Positions 37,276-47,847 are shown, counted from the stretch's first letter. The stretch: DNA of 64,000 nucleotides from an uncultured Muribaculaceae bacterium (GCA_964569595.1 CAZMTY010000001.1:19447-83446), one strand, 5' to 3'. Notes: generated by a model not told the origin, from the sequence alone. Numbers and translations: made by a program.

Positions 37276-38069
37276 TGAGACAGTATTTGGAGCTCCTCAG
37301 GGAGATTATGGACACGGGGACGGTCAAGGCCGACCGTACAGGAGAGGGGACCAGGAGCATTTTCGGCCACCAGATGCGTTTCGACCTTTCGGAAGGCTTT
37401 CCCCTGCTGACCACGAAAAAGGTTCATCTGAAGTCGATAATATACGAGTTGCTGTGGTTTATATGCGGTGACACCAATGTCCGCTATCTTCAGGAACACA
37501 AGGTTACAATCTGGGACGAATGGGCCGATGAAAACGGCGACCTCGGCCCCGTGTACGGCCGTCAATGGCGAAGTTGGCCGGCTCCCGATGGGAGGAAAAT
37601 CGACCAGCTTGCAGAACTCATAGAGCAGATACGCAATAATCCCGATTCGCGGCGCCTGCTCGTCTGTGCGTGGAATCCAGGGGAAATTGAAAAAATGGCC
37701 CTGCCTCCCTGCCATTGCCTTTTCCAGTTCTACGTGGCGGGAGGCAAACTGTCCTGCCAACTGTACCAGCGTAGTGCCGACAGCTTCCTCGGCCTGCCCT
37801 TCAATATTGCGTCCTACTCCCTCCTGACCATGATGATAGCCCAGTGCTGCGGCCTTGAACCCGGAGAATTCATACACACCACCGGCGACACGCATATCTA
37901 CCTGAACCATACGGACCAGGTGAGGGAGCAGCTTTCACGGGAGCCCCGGCCCCTGCCGAAAATGGTGCTCAATCCGGAGATACGCAGCGTGTTCGATTTC
38001 AGATACGAGGACTTCACCTTGGAGGACTACGACCCCTGGCCTGCAATCAAGGCCCCGGTTGCGGTCTGA
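37275..38069 (+). CDS. thyA: thymidylate synthase
   Basis: 264 aa. MRQYLELL..., [24 protein letters not shown] (active-site Cys), [17 protein letters not shown]. Confidence 0.95.
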   Translation: MRQYLELLREIMDTGTVKADRTGEGTRSIFGHQMRFDLSEGFPLLTTKKVHLKSIIYELLWFICGDTNVRYLQEHKVTIWDEWADENGDLGPVYGRQWRSWPAPDGRKIDQLAELIEQIRNNPDSRRLLVCAWNPGEIEKMALPPCHCLFQFYVAGGKLSCQLYQRSADSFLGLPFNIASYSLLTMMIAQCCGLEPGEFIHTTGDTHIYLNHTDQVREQLSREPRPLPKMVLNPEIRSVFDFRYEDFTLEDYDPWPAIKAPVAV

Positions 38070-38094
38070 ACCTGCAGTAAACAAACTCTTGTCC

Positions 38095-38622
38095 ATGCTT
38101 AAATGTCTGATAGTGGCGGCGGCCGAGGACGGGGCGATAGGTCTCGAAGGCAGAATGCCCTGGCATATTCCGGCGGACCTGAAGTATTTCAAGTCCACGA
38201 CCCTCGGCTTTCCTGTCATCATGGGTCGCCGCACCTTTGAATCGCTTGGAAAGCCCTTGCCGGGACGGAAAAACATAGTGTTGAGCCGTTCCGGCTTTCC
38301 CCGTGCCGCAAGCCTGCCCGGACAGTTGCAGGCGGAATACAAGGCGGATTCTATAGTGGGGGCGGCATCATTGGAGGAGGCCTACAGGGCTGCCGGAGAT
38401 GCGGAAAAGTGCTTCGTAATAGGGGGCGGGACCGTCTACCTTCAGGCCATGGGCGATGCAGACCTGATATACCTGACCCGGGTACACACTAAGGTTGAGG
38501 ATGCGGATGCTTTTTTCCCGGAGATTGACCCGGAACTCTGGAAGCTTGATTCCCGTTCTGAAACCCTGACTGACCCGGCCTCGGGCCTTGAATTCGAATT
38601 TGAACTGTATTCCCGCCGCTGA
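38095..38622 (+). CDS. folA: dihydrofolate reductase
   Basis: I prefer ATG 38095 (MLKCLIVAAAEDGAIGLEGRMPWHIPADLKYFK), plus VIMGRRTFESLG and VIGGGTVY. Confidence 0.9.
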   Translation: MLKCLIVAAAEDGAIGLEGRMPWHIPADLKYFKSTTLGFPVIMGRRTFESLGKPLPGRKNIVLSRSGFPRAASLPGQLQAEYKADSIVGAASLEEAYRAAGDAEKCFVIGGGTVYLQAMGDADLIYLTRVHTKVEDADAFFPEIDPELWKLDSRSETLTDPASGLEFEFELYSRR

Positions 38623-38641
38623 GCGGAACTTCCGAAAGGAC

Positions 38642-41233
38642 TCAGACCTCCAAACCGAGTTCCTGCTTCATTTTCCTCAGAAGGTCGAAGGCCTGAAGGG
38701 GAGTGATGCTGTTGAGTTCCGTGTCCTCAAGCTGGCGGCGTATTGAAGAAAGTGTAGGGTCATCTAATTGGAAGAGCGAGAGTTGTACGCTTCCATCCTC
38801 GTTGAGGTCCATATTGCTCGCGTGCTTTTCCCTGAGTTCGAGTTCTCTCAGGGTGCGCTCCGCCGACTCTATCACCTCCCTCGGCATCCCGGCGAGTCTT
38901 GCCACGTGAATACCGAAGCTGTGGGCCACTCCTCCCGGCAACATCTTTCTCAGGAAAATCACGTTCTTCCCCTCCTCCTTTACCGAGATATGGAAGTTCT
39001 TGACCCTCGGGTAAGCCGCTTCGAGGTCGTTCAGTTCGTGATAGTGCGTGGCGAAGAGGGTCTTTGCCCCCTTGCCGAATTTGTGGATATACTCCACGAG
39101 GGCCCGGGCTATGGACATGCCGTCGTAGGTCGAGGTTCCGCGGCCGATTTCATCGAGCAGCACCAATGACCTGGCCGACAGGTTGTGCATTATCATCGAG
39201 GTCTCGAGCATCTCGACCATGAAGGTGGATTCGCCCCGGGAGATATTGTCCGAGGCCCCGACCCGGGTGAAAAGTTTGTCGAAGTAGCCCAGTCTTGCCG
39301 ATGAGGCGGGAACGAAGGAACCGATTTGGGCCAAGAGTACTATCAGGGCAGTCTGGCGCAGCAGGGCCGATTTTCCGGACATATTTGGACCGGTGAGGAT
39401 TATTATCTGGTCGCCCCGGCTGTCCATACTTATGTCGTTGGGCACATATTCCTCTCCGGGCCTCATCATGCACTCTATCACGGGATGTCTTCCGTCCTTG
39501 ATTTCGAGCACGCAGGACTTGTCCACCACGGGGCGGCAGTAATTCCTTTCGGAAGCCTGTAGCGCAAAGGACTGGAGCAGGTCGAGCCTTGCGATGAGTC
39601 CGCAGTTCTCCTGAATCTCATGTATCTTCGACCTCACCTCGTCTATAAGTCCGGCGTACAGGCGGCCTTCGGTCTCGTATATGACGGCTTCGGCATTCAG
39701 TATCTTCTCCTCGTATTCCTTGAGTTCCGGGGTTATGTATCTCTCTGCACTGACGAGGGTCTGCTTGCGTATCCATTCCGCCGGCACCTTGTCCTTGAAG
39801 GTATTGCGCACCTCGATATAATAGCCGAAGACGTTGTTATAACTGATTTTCAGCGAAGTTATTCCGGTCTTTGCTATCTCTCGCTGCTGCATGTCCTGGA
39901 GATAGCGCTTCCCGCCCCGGGAAATTTCCCTGTATTCGTCGAGTTCCTTGCTTACCCCCGGAGCAATCACGTCACCCTTGCCAAGCGAGGGAGCGGGTTC
40001 GTCAGCGAGGGTGCAGAGTATGGTTCTGGAGATGCTGTCCGTGTCGTTCATGGAGTTTCCGAGCCTGACTACCTCCTCCGCCCCGCTTTCGCGACACAGT
40101 TTAGCGACAGGTTTCATATTCCCGAGAGCCCGGCCGAGATGCAGCATTTCACGGGGTTGGATTTTGCCGGCGGCCACCCTTGCAAGTATGCGCTCGAGGT
40201 CGCCGGTGGAACCGAGCAGGCTGCGGACTTCCTCTGACTTTCCGGGCTCTTCCACGAAGTACTGCACGGTCTCGTAGCGGCGTTCGAGCTCCTTTATGTC
40301 CATTATAGGCATGGCGAGCCATTGGCGCAGGAGGCGGGAACCCATGGGCGTGCAACAGCGGTCTATGGTGTCTACGAGCGATTTGCCGTCGTTGCTGCGG
40401 AAGACCTCGAGATTGCGCAGGGTGAACTGGTCCATCCATACGAATTTCTCCTCGTCTATGCGGGAAAGCGAACATATATTGCCGAGTCCCGAATGACGGG
40501 TCTGTTCCAGGTACACCAGGAGCGCTCCGGCGGCACAGAGGGCGAGCGGATAGCGGTCTGCGGCAAAGCCCTTCAGGCTGTTCACCTGGAACTGTCTGCA
40601 AAGTTTTTCCACGGCCGATTCGTACACGAAGGCCCATTCGTCCATAACCGTGATATAGTAATCCCCGAAACGCTCACGCACCGCCTTGGCCACATCCCGC
40701 TGCACCAGGACTTCCTTGGGTGAAAAGCTCGACAGCAGCGAGGAAATGTAGTCTATGCTACCCTGTGCCACCTGAAAAGTCCCCGTTGAAACGTCGAGAA
40801 AGGCGGCGCCGCACTGATTGCCCTCGAAATGCAGTCCGGCGAGGAAGTTGTGTTCCTTCTGGTCGAGCATGTTCTCTCCGAGGGCTATTCCGGGAGTAAG
40901 GATTTCCGTGACGCCCCGTTTTACGAGCTTGTTCTTGCACAGGGCCGGGTCTTCGAGCTGGTCGCAGATAGCCACCTTATAGCCGGCACGGACGAGTTTC
41001 TGCAGATAACCGTCTATGGAATGGTGGGGAAAGCCGGCCATCTCCACGTACCCCTTGTCTCCATTGCTCCTTTTCGTGAGCACCAGGCCCAGGACCTTGC
41101 TCGCAAGTACGGCATCGTCGGAGTAGGTTTCGTAGAAGTCGCCCACCCTGTACAGCAGCAGGGCATCAGGATTTTGCGCCTTGATGCTGAAATAATGCTT
41201 GAGCATTGGAGTGTCTTCTCCCCGTTTTGCCAT
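38642..41233 (-). CDS. mutS: DNA mismatch repair protein MutS
   Basis: 863 aa. TPMLKHYF..., mismatch-binding GDFYETY, Walker A GPNMSGKSALLRQ, DEIGRGTSTYDG. Confidence 0.95.
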   Translation of the reverse strand: MAKRGEDTPMLKHYFSIKAQNPDALLLYRVGDFYETYSDDAVLASKVLGLVLTKRSNGDKGYVEMAGFPHHSIDGYLQKLVRAGYKVAICDQLEDPALCKNKLVKRGVTEILTPGIALGENMLDQKEHNFLAGLHFEGNQCGAAFLDVSTGTFQVAQGSIDYISSLLSSFSPKEVLVQRDVAKAVRERFGDYYITVMDEWAFVYESAVEKLCRQFQVNSLKGFAADRYPLALCAAGALLVYLEQTRHSGLGNICSLSRIDEEKFVWMDQFTLRNLEVFRSNDGKSLVDTIDRCCTPMGSRLLRQWLAMPIMDIKELERRYETVQYFVEEPGKSEEVRSLLGSTGDLERILARVAAGKIQPREMLHLGRALGNMKPVAKLCRESGAEEVVRLGNSMNDTDSISRTILCTLADEPAPSLGKGDVIAPGVSKELDEYREISRGGKRYLQDMQQREIAKTGITSLKISYNNVFGYYIEVRNTFKDKVPAEWIRKQTLVSAERYITPELKEYEEKILNAEAVIYETEGRLYAGLIDEVRSKIHEIQENCGLIARLDLLQSFALQASERNYCRPVVDKSCVLEIKDGRHPVIECMMRPGEEYVPNDISMDSRGDQIIILTGPNMSGKSALLRQTALIVLLAQIGSFVPASSARLGYFDKLFTRVGASDNISRGESTFMVEMLETSMIMHNLSARSLVLLDEIGRGTSTYDGMSIARALVEYIHKFGKGAKTLFATHYHELNDLEAAYPRVKNFHISVKEEGKNVIFLRKMLPGGVAHSFGIHVARLAGMPREVIESAERTLRELELREKHASNMDLNEDGSVQLSLFQLDDPTLSSIRRQLEDTELNSITPLQAFDLLRKMKQELGLEV

Positions 41234-41348
41234 TTTATCAAAGTTCGATGAATGTCATATTCAATATTTGCCCTTAATGACCGGAATTTGCCGGATTCCC
41301 GCCCCTGTTCCCGCTTTGTTTCTCCTGAACAAGAGGCCTCCCGGTGAC

Positions 41349-43289
41349 TTATTCCATGATAATGGCTTTCCCTCCCTCGGGCAGGCTTATCCTTATGCCG
41401 TCAAAATTGCGCTGCTTCACATTCATGAGCACGAGTCCGCTCTCGGCCTGGATGTCACAGTCTTCGAAGATGAAACTGCCCTCGGGTATGGGTGCTTCAG
41501 GGTCGCCCGTGATGTTTCCGACCGACCTTACCGTGCCCTTTATCCCGCTTACCCTGATGTTACGGAGTACCGTCCTCGGGAAATAGGGGTCGTAATCCTC
41601 AACCATGCGCCACATGAGATTGGCATCGATGAAAGTGCCGCAGCCATTGAGGCTCATGTTCCTGAAAGTTATGTTCTCGACCGTGCCTCCCCTCGAGGGT
41701 TGGGACTTGAAACGCACGGGAGCCCTGTTTTCCGGTCCGCAGACGCAGTCTTCGATGAGTACATTGCGTATGTCTCCTGAAATCTCGCTGCCTATGGCTA
41801 CACCGTGCCCGCCGTCGAAGTTGCAGTTGCGCACCACTATGTTCATGCTCGGCCGTCCTACCCGGCGCCCGTCCTCGTTCTTGCCGCTCTTGATAGAAAG
41901 GCAATCGTCGGTGACATTCGTATAGACCTCGCTCATGAATACATTGCAAGATGAATCTATGTCCACCCCGTCGGAACTCGGCACGTAGGAACTTACGCTT
42001 ATATTCAGCCCCTTTATGGTAAATCCGTCGGTATAAAGCACATGCAGGCACCACGAGGCATGGTCGCGCAGGGTCAGCCCCTCTATGCTGCCGCCCGGAC
42101 AGTCGGTAAAGCATATCATTCTCGGTCGCCCCCACAGTCCGTCCATGTTCCGGTTGACGGACCACTCGGGACCCTTTCCGTCTATGCTGCCCTCGCCGTA
42201 GACCCGTACATTGCGCGAATGGTCGAAGTTCAGCAGGGCGCTGCGCCAGTGTTTCTCCGTCCCCTCGAAGCGGGTGGGAATCTGGGGAAAGTCATCGGAA
42301 TCCACGGTGGAAATCAGGGTCGCGTCCTTTTCTATCTTCAGGTCAACCCCGTTCCTGAAAAATAGCGCCCCGGTAAGATATTGTCCGGCAGGGATTACCA
42401 CAGTACCTCCACCGGCTTCGTATGCCGCGTCGGCAGCTGCCTGTATGGCCCGGGTATCCTTTCCCTCGCCATTTCCCACGGCACCGTAGTCCCTGACATT
42501 GTATGTTCCCGTGTTCCTGCGCACTACATAGCAGGCGCTTTCTCCGGGCTCAAGCGTGATTTCGGCCGTGGCCCTGCCGTCCTCCATCCTCGAAGTCACG
42601 GTGCTGAGGCCCTTGCCCTCTGTCCTGTAGACCCTGCCTGCCGCATCAAAGCGGGCGGTGAACTTGAGGCTGATGTCGCGGGTGTTCGTGAGGGTGAACC
42701 TGTCCTCTTTGGGAAATATGCTGCGGCTGTATTCAAGGCTGCCCACGGGGATGTGGCCGCGTATCTCGATTTCCCTCTCCGGCATGGCTTCGTCAACTGT
42801 TCTCGTCCATTCGTTAATGGACTCATAGTCTGCGCGGAATGTGCTCCCTCCGTTGTCAGGCGCAATGTCCGTCGGACGTACTCCCCAAAGGAGGACCCTG
42901 CCTCCGAATCTCGAGAAGTCGAGGATTTCCTGCCTTGCCTTTTCGCTGAGCCCTTCGGCATAAGGTATCACGAGAGTCAGGTACTTTTCTCCGCCAGGAC
43001 CTTCAAGATAAGCGGGGCCGGCCTTGACCGTATTCCCCAGGAAGGAGTCGTAGATGATATTGCAGTCGATAAAATGACCCTTGATAAGGGAGACGGCGGC
43101 ATTCACCCTGGCATCGGCTGTGCTGTCAATGCAGTTTTTGCCGAGTGTGGACGAATCGGGGCAGTACACGGCAACCCTCACACCGGGAATACCTTCATTC
43201 GTATTTTCCGGGACGCCTGAGGAAAAAGCGGCTGGACAGGACATCAGCCAGGCCGTGGCAAACAATAGGGAAAGCAGGGACTTATTCAT
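41349..43289 (-). CDS. secreted glycoside hydrolase family 28 (polygalacturonase-like beta-helix) with ~270-aa N-terminal extra domain
   Basis: Signal peptide, then YNVRDYGAVGNGEGKDT. The four GH28 blocks are present: SSDGVDI, VTDDCLSIKSG, GGHGVAIGSE and RFKSQ. Confidence 0.8.
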   Translation of the reverse strand: MNKSLLSLLFATAWLMSCPAAFSSGVPENTNEGIPGVRVAVYCPDSSTLGKNCIDSTADARVNAAVSLIKGHFIDCNIIYDSFLGNTVKAGPAYLEGPGGEKYLTLVIPYAEGLSEKARQEILDFSRFGGRVLLWGVRPTDIAPDNGGSTFRADYESINEWTRTVDEAMPEREIEIRGHIPVGSLEYSRSIFPKEDRFTLTNTRDISLKFTARFDAAGRVYRTEGKGLSTVTSRMEDGRATAEITLEPGESACYVVRRNTGTYNVRDYGAVGNGEGKDTRAIQAAADAAYEAGGGTVVIPAGQYLTGALFFRNGVDLKIEKDATLISTVDSDDFPQIPTRFEGTEKHWRSALLNFDHSRNVRVYGEGSIDGKGPEWSVNRNMDGLWGRPRMICFTDCPGGSIEGLTLRDHASWCLHVLYTDGFTIKGLNISVSSYVPSSDGVDIDSSCNVFMSEVYTNVTDDCLSIKSGKNEDGRRVGRPSMNIVVRNCNFDGGHGVAIGSEISGDIRNVLIEDCVCGPENRAPVRFKSQPSRGGTVENITFRNMSLNGCGTFIDANLMWRMVEDYDPYFPRTVLRNIRVSGIKGTVRSVGNITGDPEAPIPEGSFIFEDCDIQAESGLVLMNVKQRNFDGIRISLPEGGKAIIME

Positions 43290-43311
43290 AGGGAAAAACG
43301 CTGGTAAGGCA

Positions 43312-43319
43312 CAAATTTA
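43312..43319 (-). promoter_or_regulatory. -7 promoter box (TAAATTTG on minus strand) for the GH28 gene
   Basis: CAAATTTA on the + strand, 22 nt upstream of ATG 43289. It lies back-to-back with the GT4 box. Confidence 0.45.
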
Positions 43320-43340
43320 CAATTTTTGGCAAATAATCCT

Positions 43341-43348
43341 TACCTTTG
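43341..43348 (+). promoter_or_regulatory. -7 promoter box (TACCTTTG) for the GT4 gene
   Basis: TAnnTTTG match ending 8 nt before ATG 43357. Confidence 0.45.
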
Positions 43349-43356
43349 AAATCCGT

Positions 43357-44607
43357 ATGAAAAGGTTGCTGATAATCACTTACTACTGGCCGCCGACCGG
43401 AGGTTCCGGGGTACAGCGATGGGTGAAGTTCTGCAAGTATCTGCCGCAGTACGGTTGGCAGCCGATAGTCTACACCCCTGAAAATCCCGAAAGGATAGCC
43501 GTCGACGAAAGCCTGCTCGGCGACATCCCCGAATGTGCCGAAGTATTGCGCCGCCGTATATGCGAGCCCTACGGAATCTACCGGAAACTTGCGGGCAGGC
43601 GTGCAAGTCAGGACGTGAACCCGGTGAGCGGAGAGAAAAAGGGGCCGGCAGCCAAACTGTCTCTGTGGATACGCGGCAACTTCTTCATACCGGATCCGAG
43701 GGTGTCGTGGGTGCGCCCCTCGCTGCGTTTTCTGAAGAAATATCTGAAGGAACACCCCGTGGACGCCATAGTCACCACAGGCCCTCCCCAGTCCATGCAC
43801 CTCATAGGTTTGGGACTGAAAAAGGCTTTGGGTGTCAAGTGGATAGCCGATTTTCGCGACCCGTGGACGGAGATGTTCTACTACAAGCACCTTGCGGTAA
43901 GCCCCTGGGCTGACCGGCGTCACCACAGGCTTGAGCAGCAGGTACTTGACGTGGCTGACACCGTGATAGCGGTGACGCCTTACGTGGCGGAGGATTTCCG
44001 GCGGAAGACAGCCACTCCCGTTGCCATGATTACCAACGGTTACGACGAGGATGACTTTGCGTCGGCCGTTCCCGTCCGTCACGAAGACAAATTCACCATA
44101 GTCCATACGGGTCTCTTTTCGGCCGAGGGCAATCCCTTGAATCTTTGGGATGTGCTTGCCGGGGCCTGCGCCGGGGACGCCGCTTTCGCTTCGAGGCTGC
44201 AGATAAGGCTGATTGGCAAGACTGACAGGGCCGTTGTCGATTCCATAAAGGAGCGTGGTCTCGGAGACAAGCTCGTGGATTTGGCCTATCTTCCGCATCC
44301 CGAGGCTGTGGCGGAACAACTCGGGGCCGACATTCTTATACTTCCGCTGCGCCGTGAGCCGGAATATGCCAAGGTCCTCCCCGGAAAGATTTTCGAATAC
44401 ATCGCCTCGGGGCGTCCGGTGCTCGGAATTGGCCAGGAAGACGGGGCTGCGGCATGGCTGCTCAGGGAGTCCGGGGCGGGGGAGATGTTCGGATGGGACA
44501 GAAAAGAGGGTATGCTGGACTTCATCAAGGCCGGTCACCGGACCTCAGCGGCGAGCCGCAAGTATTCGCGCCGCGTGCTGACTGAAAAACTGCTTGAATT
44601 GTTATGA
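43357..44607 (+). CDS. glycosyltransferase family 4 (GT-B) protein
   Basis: I prefer ATG 43357 (MKRLLIITYYWPPTGGSGVQRW). The C-terminal EX7E-type block is LPLRREPEYAKVLPGKIFEYIASGRPVL. The track ORF extends upstream through the divergent promoter region. Confidence 0.8.
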   Translation: MKRLLIITYYWPPTGGSGVQRWVKFCKYLPQYGWQPIVYTPENPERIAVDESLLGDIPECAEVLRRRICEPYGIYRKLAGRRASQDVNPVSGEKKGPAAKLSLWIRGNFFIPDPRVSWVRPSLRFLKKYLKEHPVDAIVTTGPPQSMHLIGLGLKKALGVKWIADFRDPWTEMFYYKHLAVSPWADRRHHRLEQQVLDVADTVIAVTPYVAEDFRRKTATPVAMITNGYDEDDFASAVPVRHEDKFTIVHTGLFSAEGNPLNLWDVLAGACAGDAAFASRLQIRLIGKTDRAVVDSIKERGLGDKLVDLAYLPHPEAVAEQLGADILILPLRREPEYAKVLPGKIFEYIASGRPVLGIGQEDGAAAWLLRESGAGEMFGWDRKEGMLDFIKAGHRTSAASRKYSRRVLTEKLLELL

Positions 44608-47066
44608 AAAAGAAAATATTGTATCTAATCTGCATCGTTTTAGGACTGCTCGTCCTTTCGTATGCATACGTGCCTGAGGTACTTGAGGGGAAAATCGTCA
44701 ATCAGAGCGATATATCCGGATGGCAGGGGATGTCGCACGAGATGATGGAGTGGAATTCGGAACATCCCGATGACAGGACAGCCTGGACGGGCTCGATGTT
44801 CAGCGGTATGCCCACAGTGACCATTCACGCTCCGACCGACGGAGACTGGACCCAGAAGTTATATGACCTGCTGCTCACGGGAAAGCGCCCCGCCACCTAT
44901 CTCTTCATCTCGCTTTTGGGCGCATGGCTGATGTTCTTGGCCTTCGGGGTGCATCCTCTGATTGCCGTGGGAGGAGCGATAGCCGTGACTTTCTGCTCCT
45001 ACAATCTGCAGATTATACAGGTAGGCCATAACACGAAAATGCAGGCCCTGGCCTTCCTGCCCTGGGTCATGGCCGCCCTCGTATTCACTTACAGGTCAGC
45101 CATAGAACGGAAGAAGTGGCTGCCTTACACCGCTCTCGGAGCCGCGCTTTTCGCACTTTTCGTCAGCTTCCAGGTCAAGGCGAACCATCCCCAGATTACC
45201 TATTATCTGGCAATAATGATATTGGTCTATGCTATTGCCCTGCTGGTATGGCTGCTGCGCGATGCCGGGAGAAGGGCGAAACTGAGCAGGTTCTTTGCGG
45301 CCTCGGGCATGCTGCTCGTGCTGGGCTGCGTGGGCATCGCGACCAATTCGATAAAACTGCTTCCCACTTTCGAATATACTCCCTATTCCATGAGGGGCGG
45401 AAGTTCAGCGTCCGCTGACGGAAGCAAGGAGAGCAAGGGCCTCGACATAGACTACGCCACTGCCTGGTCCTATGGCTGGGAGGAACTGCCCAACATGATG
45501 ATACCCAATTTCAACGGAGGTTCGTCGGCCGGGTCTGTCAATCCGGACAAGTCCCAGACCGTAGCCCTGCTCGAATCCGTGGGGCAGCCGGGAGCAAGGC
45601 AGCTTGCCGGAAGTCTTCCCATGTATTGGGGTCCCCAGCCCTTCACGGCCGGGCCCATGTATATGGGTGCGGTGACGATTTTCCTTTTCGTTCTCGCCCT
45701 GTTGATGTATAAGGGCAGGGACAAGTGGTGGATACTCGCAGTTACGATTCTGGCCATATTCCTGGCCCTCGGCAGCCACTTCATCTGGTTCACAAAGCTG
45801 TTCTACAACTACGTCCCCCTATATAACAAGTTCAGGACGGTGTCCATGGCCCTCGTGGTGCTCCAGTTCACCCTGCCGCTGCTTGCATTCCTGCTGCTCG
45901 ACCGTATAATCAAAGATGAAGACCACGCCCGCGCGTTCCGGAAGAAGGGAACTATAGCCCTCGCGATTACCGGAATCTTCTGCGGCCTGTTCCTGCTTAT
46001 ACCTTCATTGGCCGGAACCTTTACGGGCAGTGTGGATGCCGGCCAGCCTGACATTCTCGTGAGGGCACTTCAGGCAGACAGGCGCAAACTGCTGATGGAC
46101 GATGCCTTGCGTTCGCTCTTGCTGATTGTGGCTGCCTACGTGCTCTTGCTCTGGGGCTGCGCTTCCAACGCAAAGCGACGCCGGACTTCCGCGCTCCTTG
46201 TCTGTCTTCTCGTGATGTTCGACCTGTGCTTTATAGGCAAACGTTACCTCAATCATGACGATTTCGTTACGCCGCGCTCCTTCCAGAGCCAGTTCGACAA
46301 GAGGCTTGTGGACGAGATTATTCTGGCCGACACCGATCCTTCATACCGCGTGCTTGACCTGACCGTGAACGTCTTCAACGACTCGCATCCCTCATACTGG
46401 CACAAGAACATAGGCGGATATTCTCCGGCCAAGCTCCAGCGTTATCAGGAATATATCGACAGTCATCTGATTTCTGAAATCAACAGTCTCTATTCGGTTA
46501 TCTCCTCCGCAGCTACGGTTCAGGAGGCCGAGGAGGCACTGCCTTATTTGGAGGGACTCTCGAAGCTGAACTGCCGCTACATAATAGTTGGCGACAATGT
46601 GAAGCCGTTGAGGTACAGATACGCCGCCGGAAATGCCTGGTTTGAGAATGAATCGGGGGCAGGCGAATGCGCCGACACCATAGTCATGACTTCATACGCC
46701 CCGAACGAACTCCGCTACAGCTACAGTTCTGCCGAAGGTGGCAGGGTGGTCTTCAGTGAGGTGTATTATCCTGAGGGGTGGACGCTTACGTTAGATGATA
46801 CCGGCGAAGAACTCGAGATAGAACTCACAGACGGGCTGTTCCGCAGTGCCGTGGTGCCTGCAGGCGAACATGAACTCAAGATGCGCTTCGCTCCGGTATC
46901 CTACAAAACGGGGGAAACAGTGTCGAGGGCATGTTCCATTGCAATACTGCTGATAGTCCTGGCCGCCATAGCCGGAGCCGTGGTCACCGGGCGGCGCGAC
47001 GATGATGACAAACAGCACCCGCTCTCCGGAAGTCCTTTGCTGACGGGACAGACAGAGCTTGTGTGA
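44604..47066 (+). CDS. YfhO-family polytopic membrane protein (putative glycan/lipid-linked sugar transferase)
   Basis: 820 aa. More than 10 TM segments in the N-terminal two thirds and a large C-terminal soluble domain with a final TM. The N-terminus YVPEVLEGKIVNQSDISGWQGMSHEM...GSMFSGMPT is typical of YfhO proteins. The start overlaps the GT4 stop (ATGA). Confidence 0.7.
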   Translation: MKKKILYLICIVLGLLVLSYAYVPEVLEGKIVNQSDISGWQGMSHEMMEWNSEHPDDRTAWTGSMFSGMPTVTIHAPTDGDWTQKLYDLLLTGKRPATYLFISLLGAWLMFLAFGVHPLIAVGGAIAVTFCSYNLQIIQVGHNTKMQALAFLPWVMAALVFTYRSAIERKKWLPYTALGAALFALFVSFQVKANHPQITYYLAIMILVYAIALLVWLLRDAGRRAKLSRFFAASGMLLVLGCVGIATNSIKLLPTFEYTPYSMRGGSSASADGSKESKGLDIDYATAWSYGWEELPNMMIPNFNGGSSAGSVNPDKSQTVALLESVGQPGARQLAGSLPMYWGPQPFTAGPMYMGAVTIFLFVLALLMYKGRDKWWILAVTILAIFLALGSHFIWFTKLFYNYVPLYNKFRTVSMALVVLQFTLPLLAFLLLDRIIKDEDHARAFRKKGTIALAITGIFCGLFLLIPSLAGTFTGSVDAGQPDILVRALQADRRKLLMDDALRSLLLIVAAYVLLLWGCASNAKRRRTSALLVCLLVMFDLCFIGKRYLNHDDFVTPRSFQSQFDKRLVDEIILADTDPSYRVLDLTVNVFNDSHPSYWHKNIGGYSPAKLQRYQEYIDSHLISEINSLYSVISSAATVQEAEEALPYLEGLSKLNCRYIIVGDNVKPLRYRYAAGNAWFENESGAGECADTIVMTSYAPNELRYSYSSAEGGRVVFSEVYYPEGWTLTLDDTGEELEIELTDGLFRSAVVPAGEHELKMRFAPVSYKTGETVSRACSIAILLIVLAAIAGAVVTGRRDDDDKQHPLSGSPLLTGQTELV

Positions 47067-47076
47067 TAGCGTAATT

Positions 47077-47847
47077 TCACTCGCCCAGCATTGCGCCGAG
47101 ACGTATGAAGTCCTCCACCGACAGTTTCTCGGCCCTGAGGTCAAATACAGGGTCGGAACTGTCGAAGCCTTCGGGCAACATGGGCTTCAGCGCATTCCTC
47201 AAAGTCTTGCGTCTCTGGTTGAAGGCTGTCTTCACGGTGCGGCGGAACATGGCCTCGTCGCAGCCGAGTTCTGTCCTTGAATTTCGCCTGAGCCGTATGA
47301 CCGCAGAACGCACCTTTGGCGGCGGGGCAAAGGCACCGGGCTCCACGGAAATTATATACTCTATGTCGTACCAGGCTTGAAGCAGGACTGAAAGTATGCC
47401 GTATGTCCGGCTCCCCGGAGCTTCGGCAATGCGGTCAGCCACCTCTTTCTGTATCATGCACACCATCTCCGGAACCCTCTCCCTGTCGTCCAGAAGCTTG
47501 AAGAAGATTTGCGAGGAAATATTGTAGGGCAGGTTGCCTATTATCCTGTATTGCCCGGGGAAGATTTTGTGCGTGTCCAATTTGAGGAAGTCTGCCTGTA
47601 GAAGCCGGCCCTGCATACCCGGGAAATGCTCTGTCAGCCAGCCCACGGCCTCGGGGTCAAGTTCGACGAGTTTCAGGTCTATATCCTCACGTTCGAGAAG
47701 ATAACGTGTAAGCACCCCCATGCCCGGGCCGATTTCGAGTACATCGCGCACCCCGCCGTGGCTCAGGCTGTCCACGATAGTCCTCGCTACCCTCTGGTCG
47801 GTCAGGAAATGCTGTCCGAGTGATTTCTTTGCCCTAACGTCCATCAT
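47077..47847 (-). CDS. rsmA: 16S rRNA (adenine1518/1519-N6)-dimethyltransferase
   Basis: 256 aa. KSLGQHFL, VLEIGPGMGVLT (SAM motif), IGNLPYNISS. Confidence 0.9.
   Translation of the reverse strand: MMDVRAKKSLGQHFLTDQRVARTIVDSLSHGGVRDVLEIGPGMGVLTRYLLEREDIDLKLVELDPEAVGWLTEHFPGMQGRLLQADFLKLDTHKIFPGQYRIIGNLPYNISSQIFFKLLDDRERVPEMVCMIQKEVADRIAEAPGSRTYGILSVLLQAWYDIEYIISVEPGAFAPPPKVRSAVIRLRRNSRTELGCDEAMFRRTVKTAFNQRRKTLRNALKPMLPEGFDSSDPVFDLRAEKLSVEDFIRLGAMLGE

Noticed and set aside
43282-44538. A 418-aa ORF on the minus strand, almost coextensive with the GT4 gene. At first sight it looks like a long overlapping antisense gene.
   Set aside because: Its translation is Arg/Gly/Pro/His-rich with no domain-like motif. 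The + strand frame, by contrast, has clear GT4 motifs and a -7 box. Long stop-free antisense frames are expected in GC-rich genes with RNY-biased codons. I treat it as a shadow ORF.
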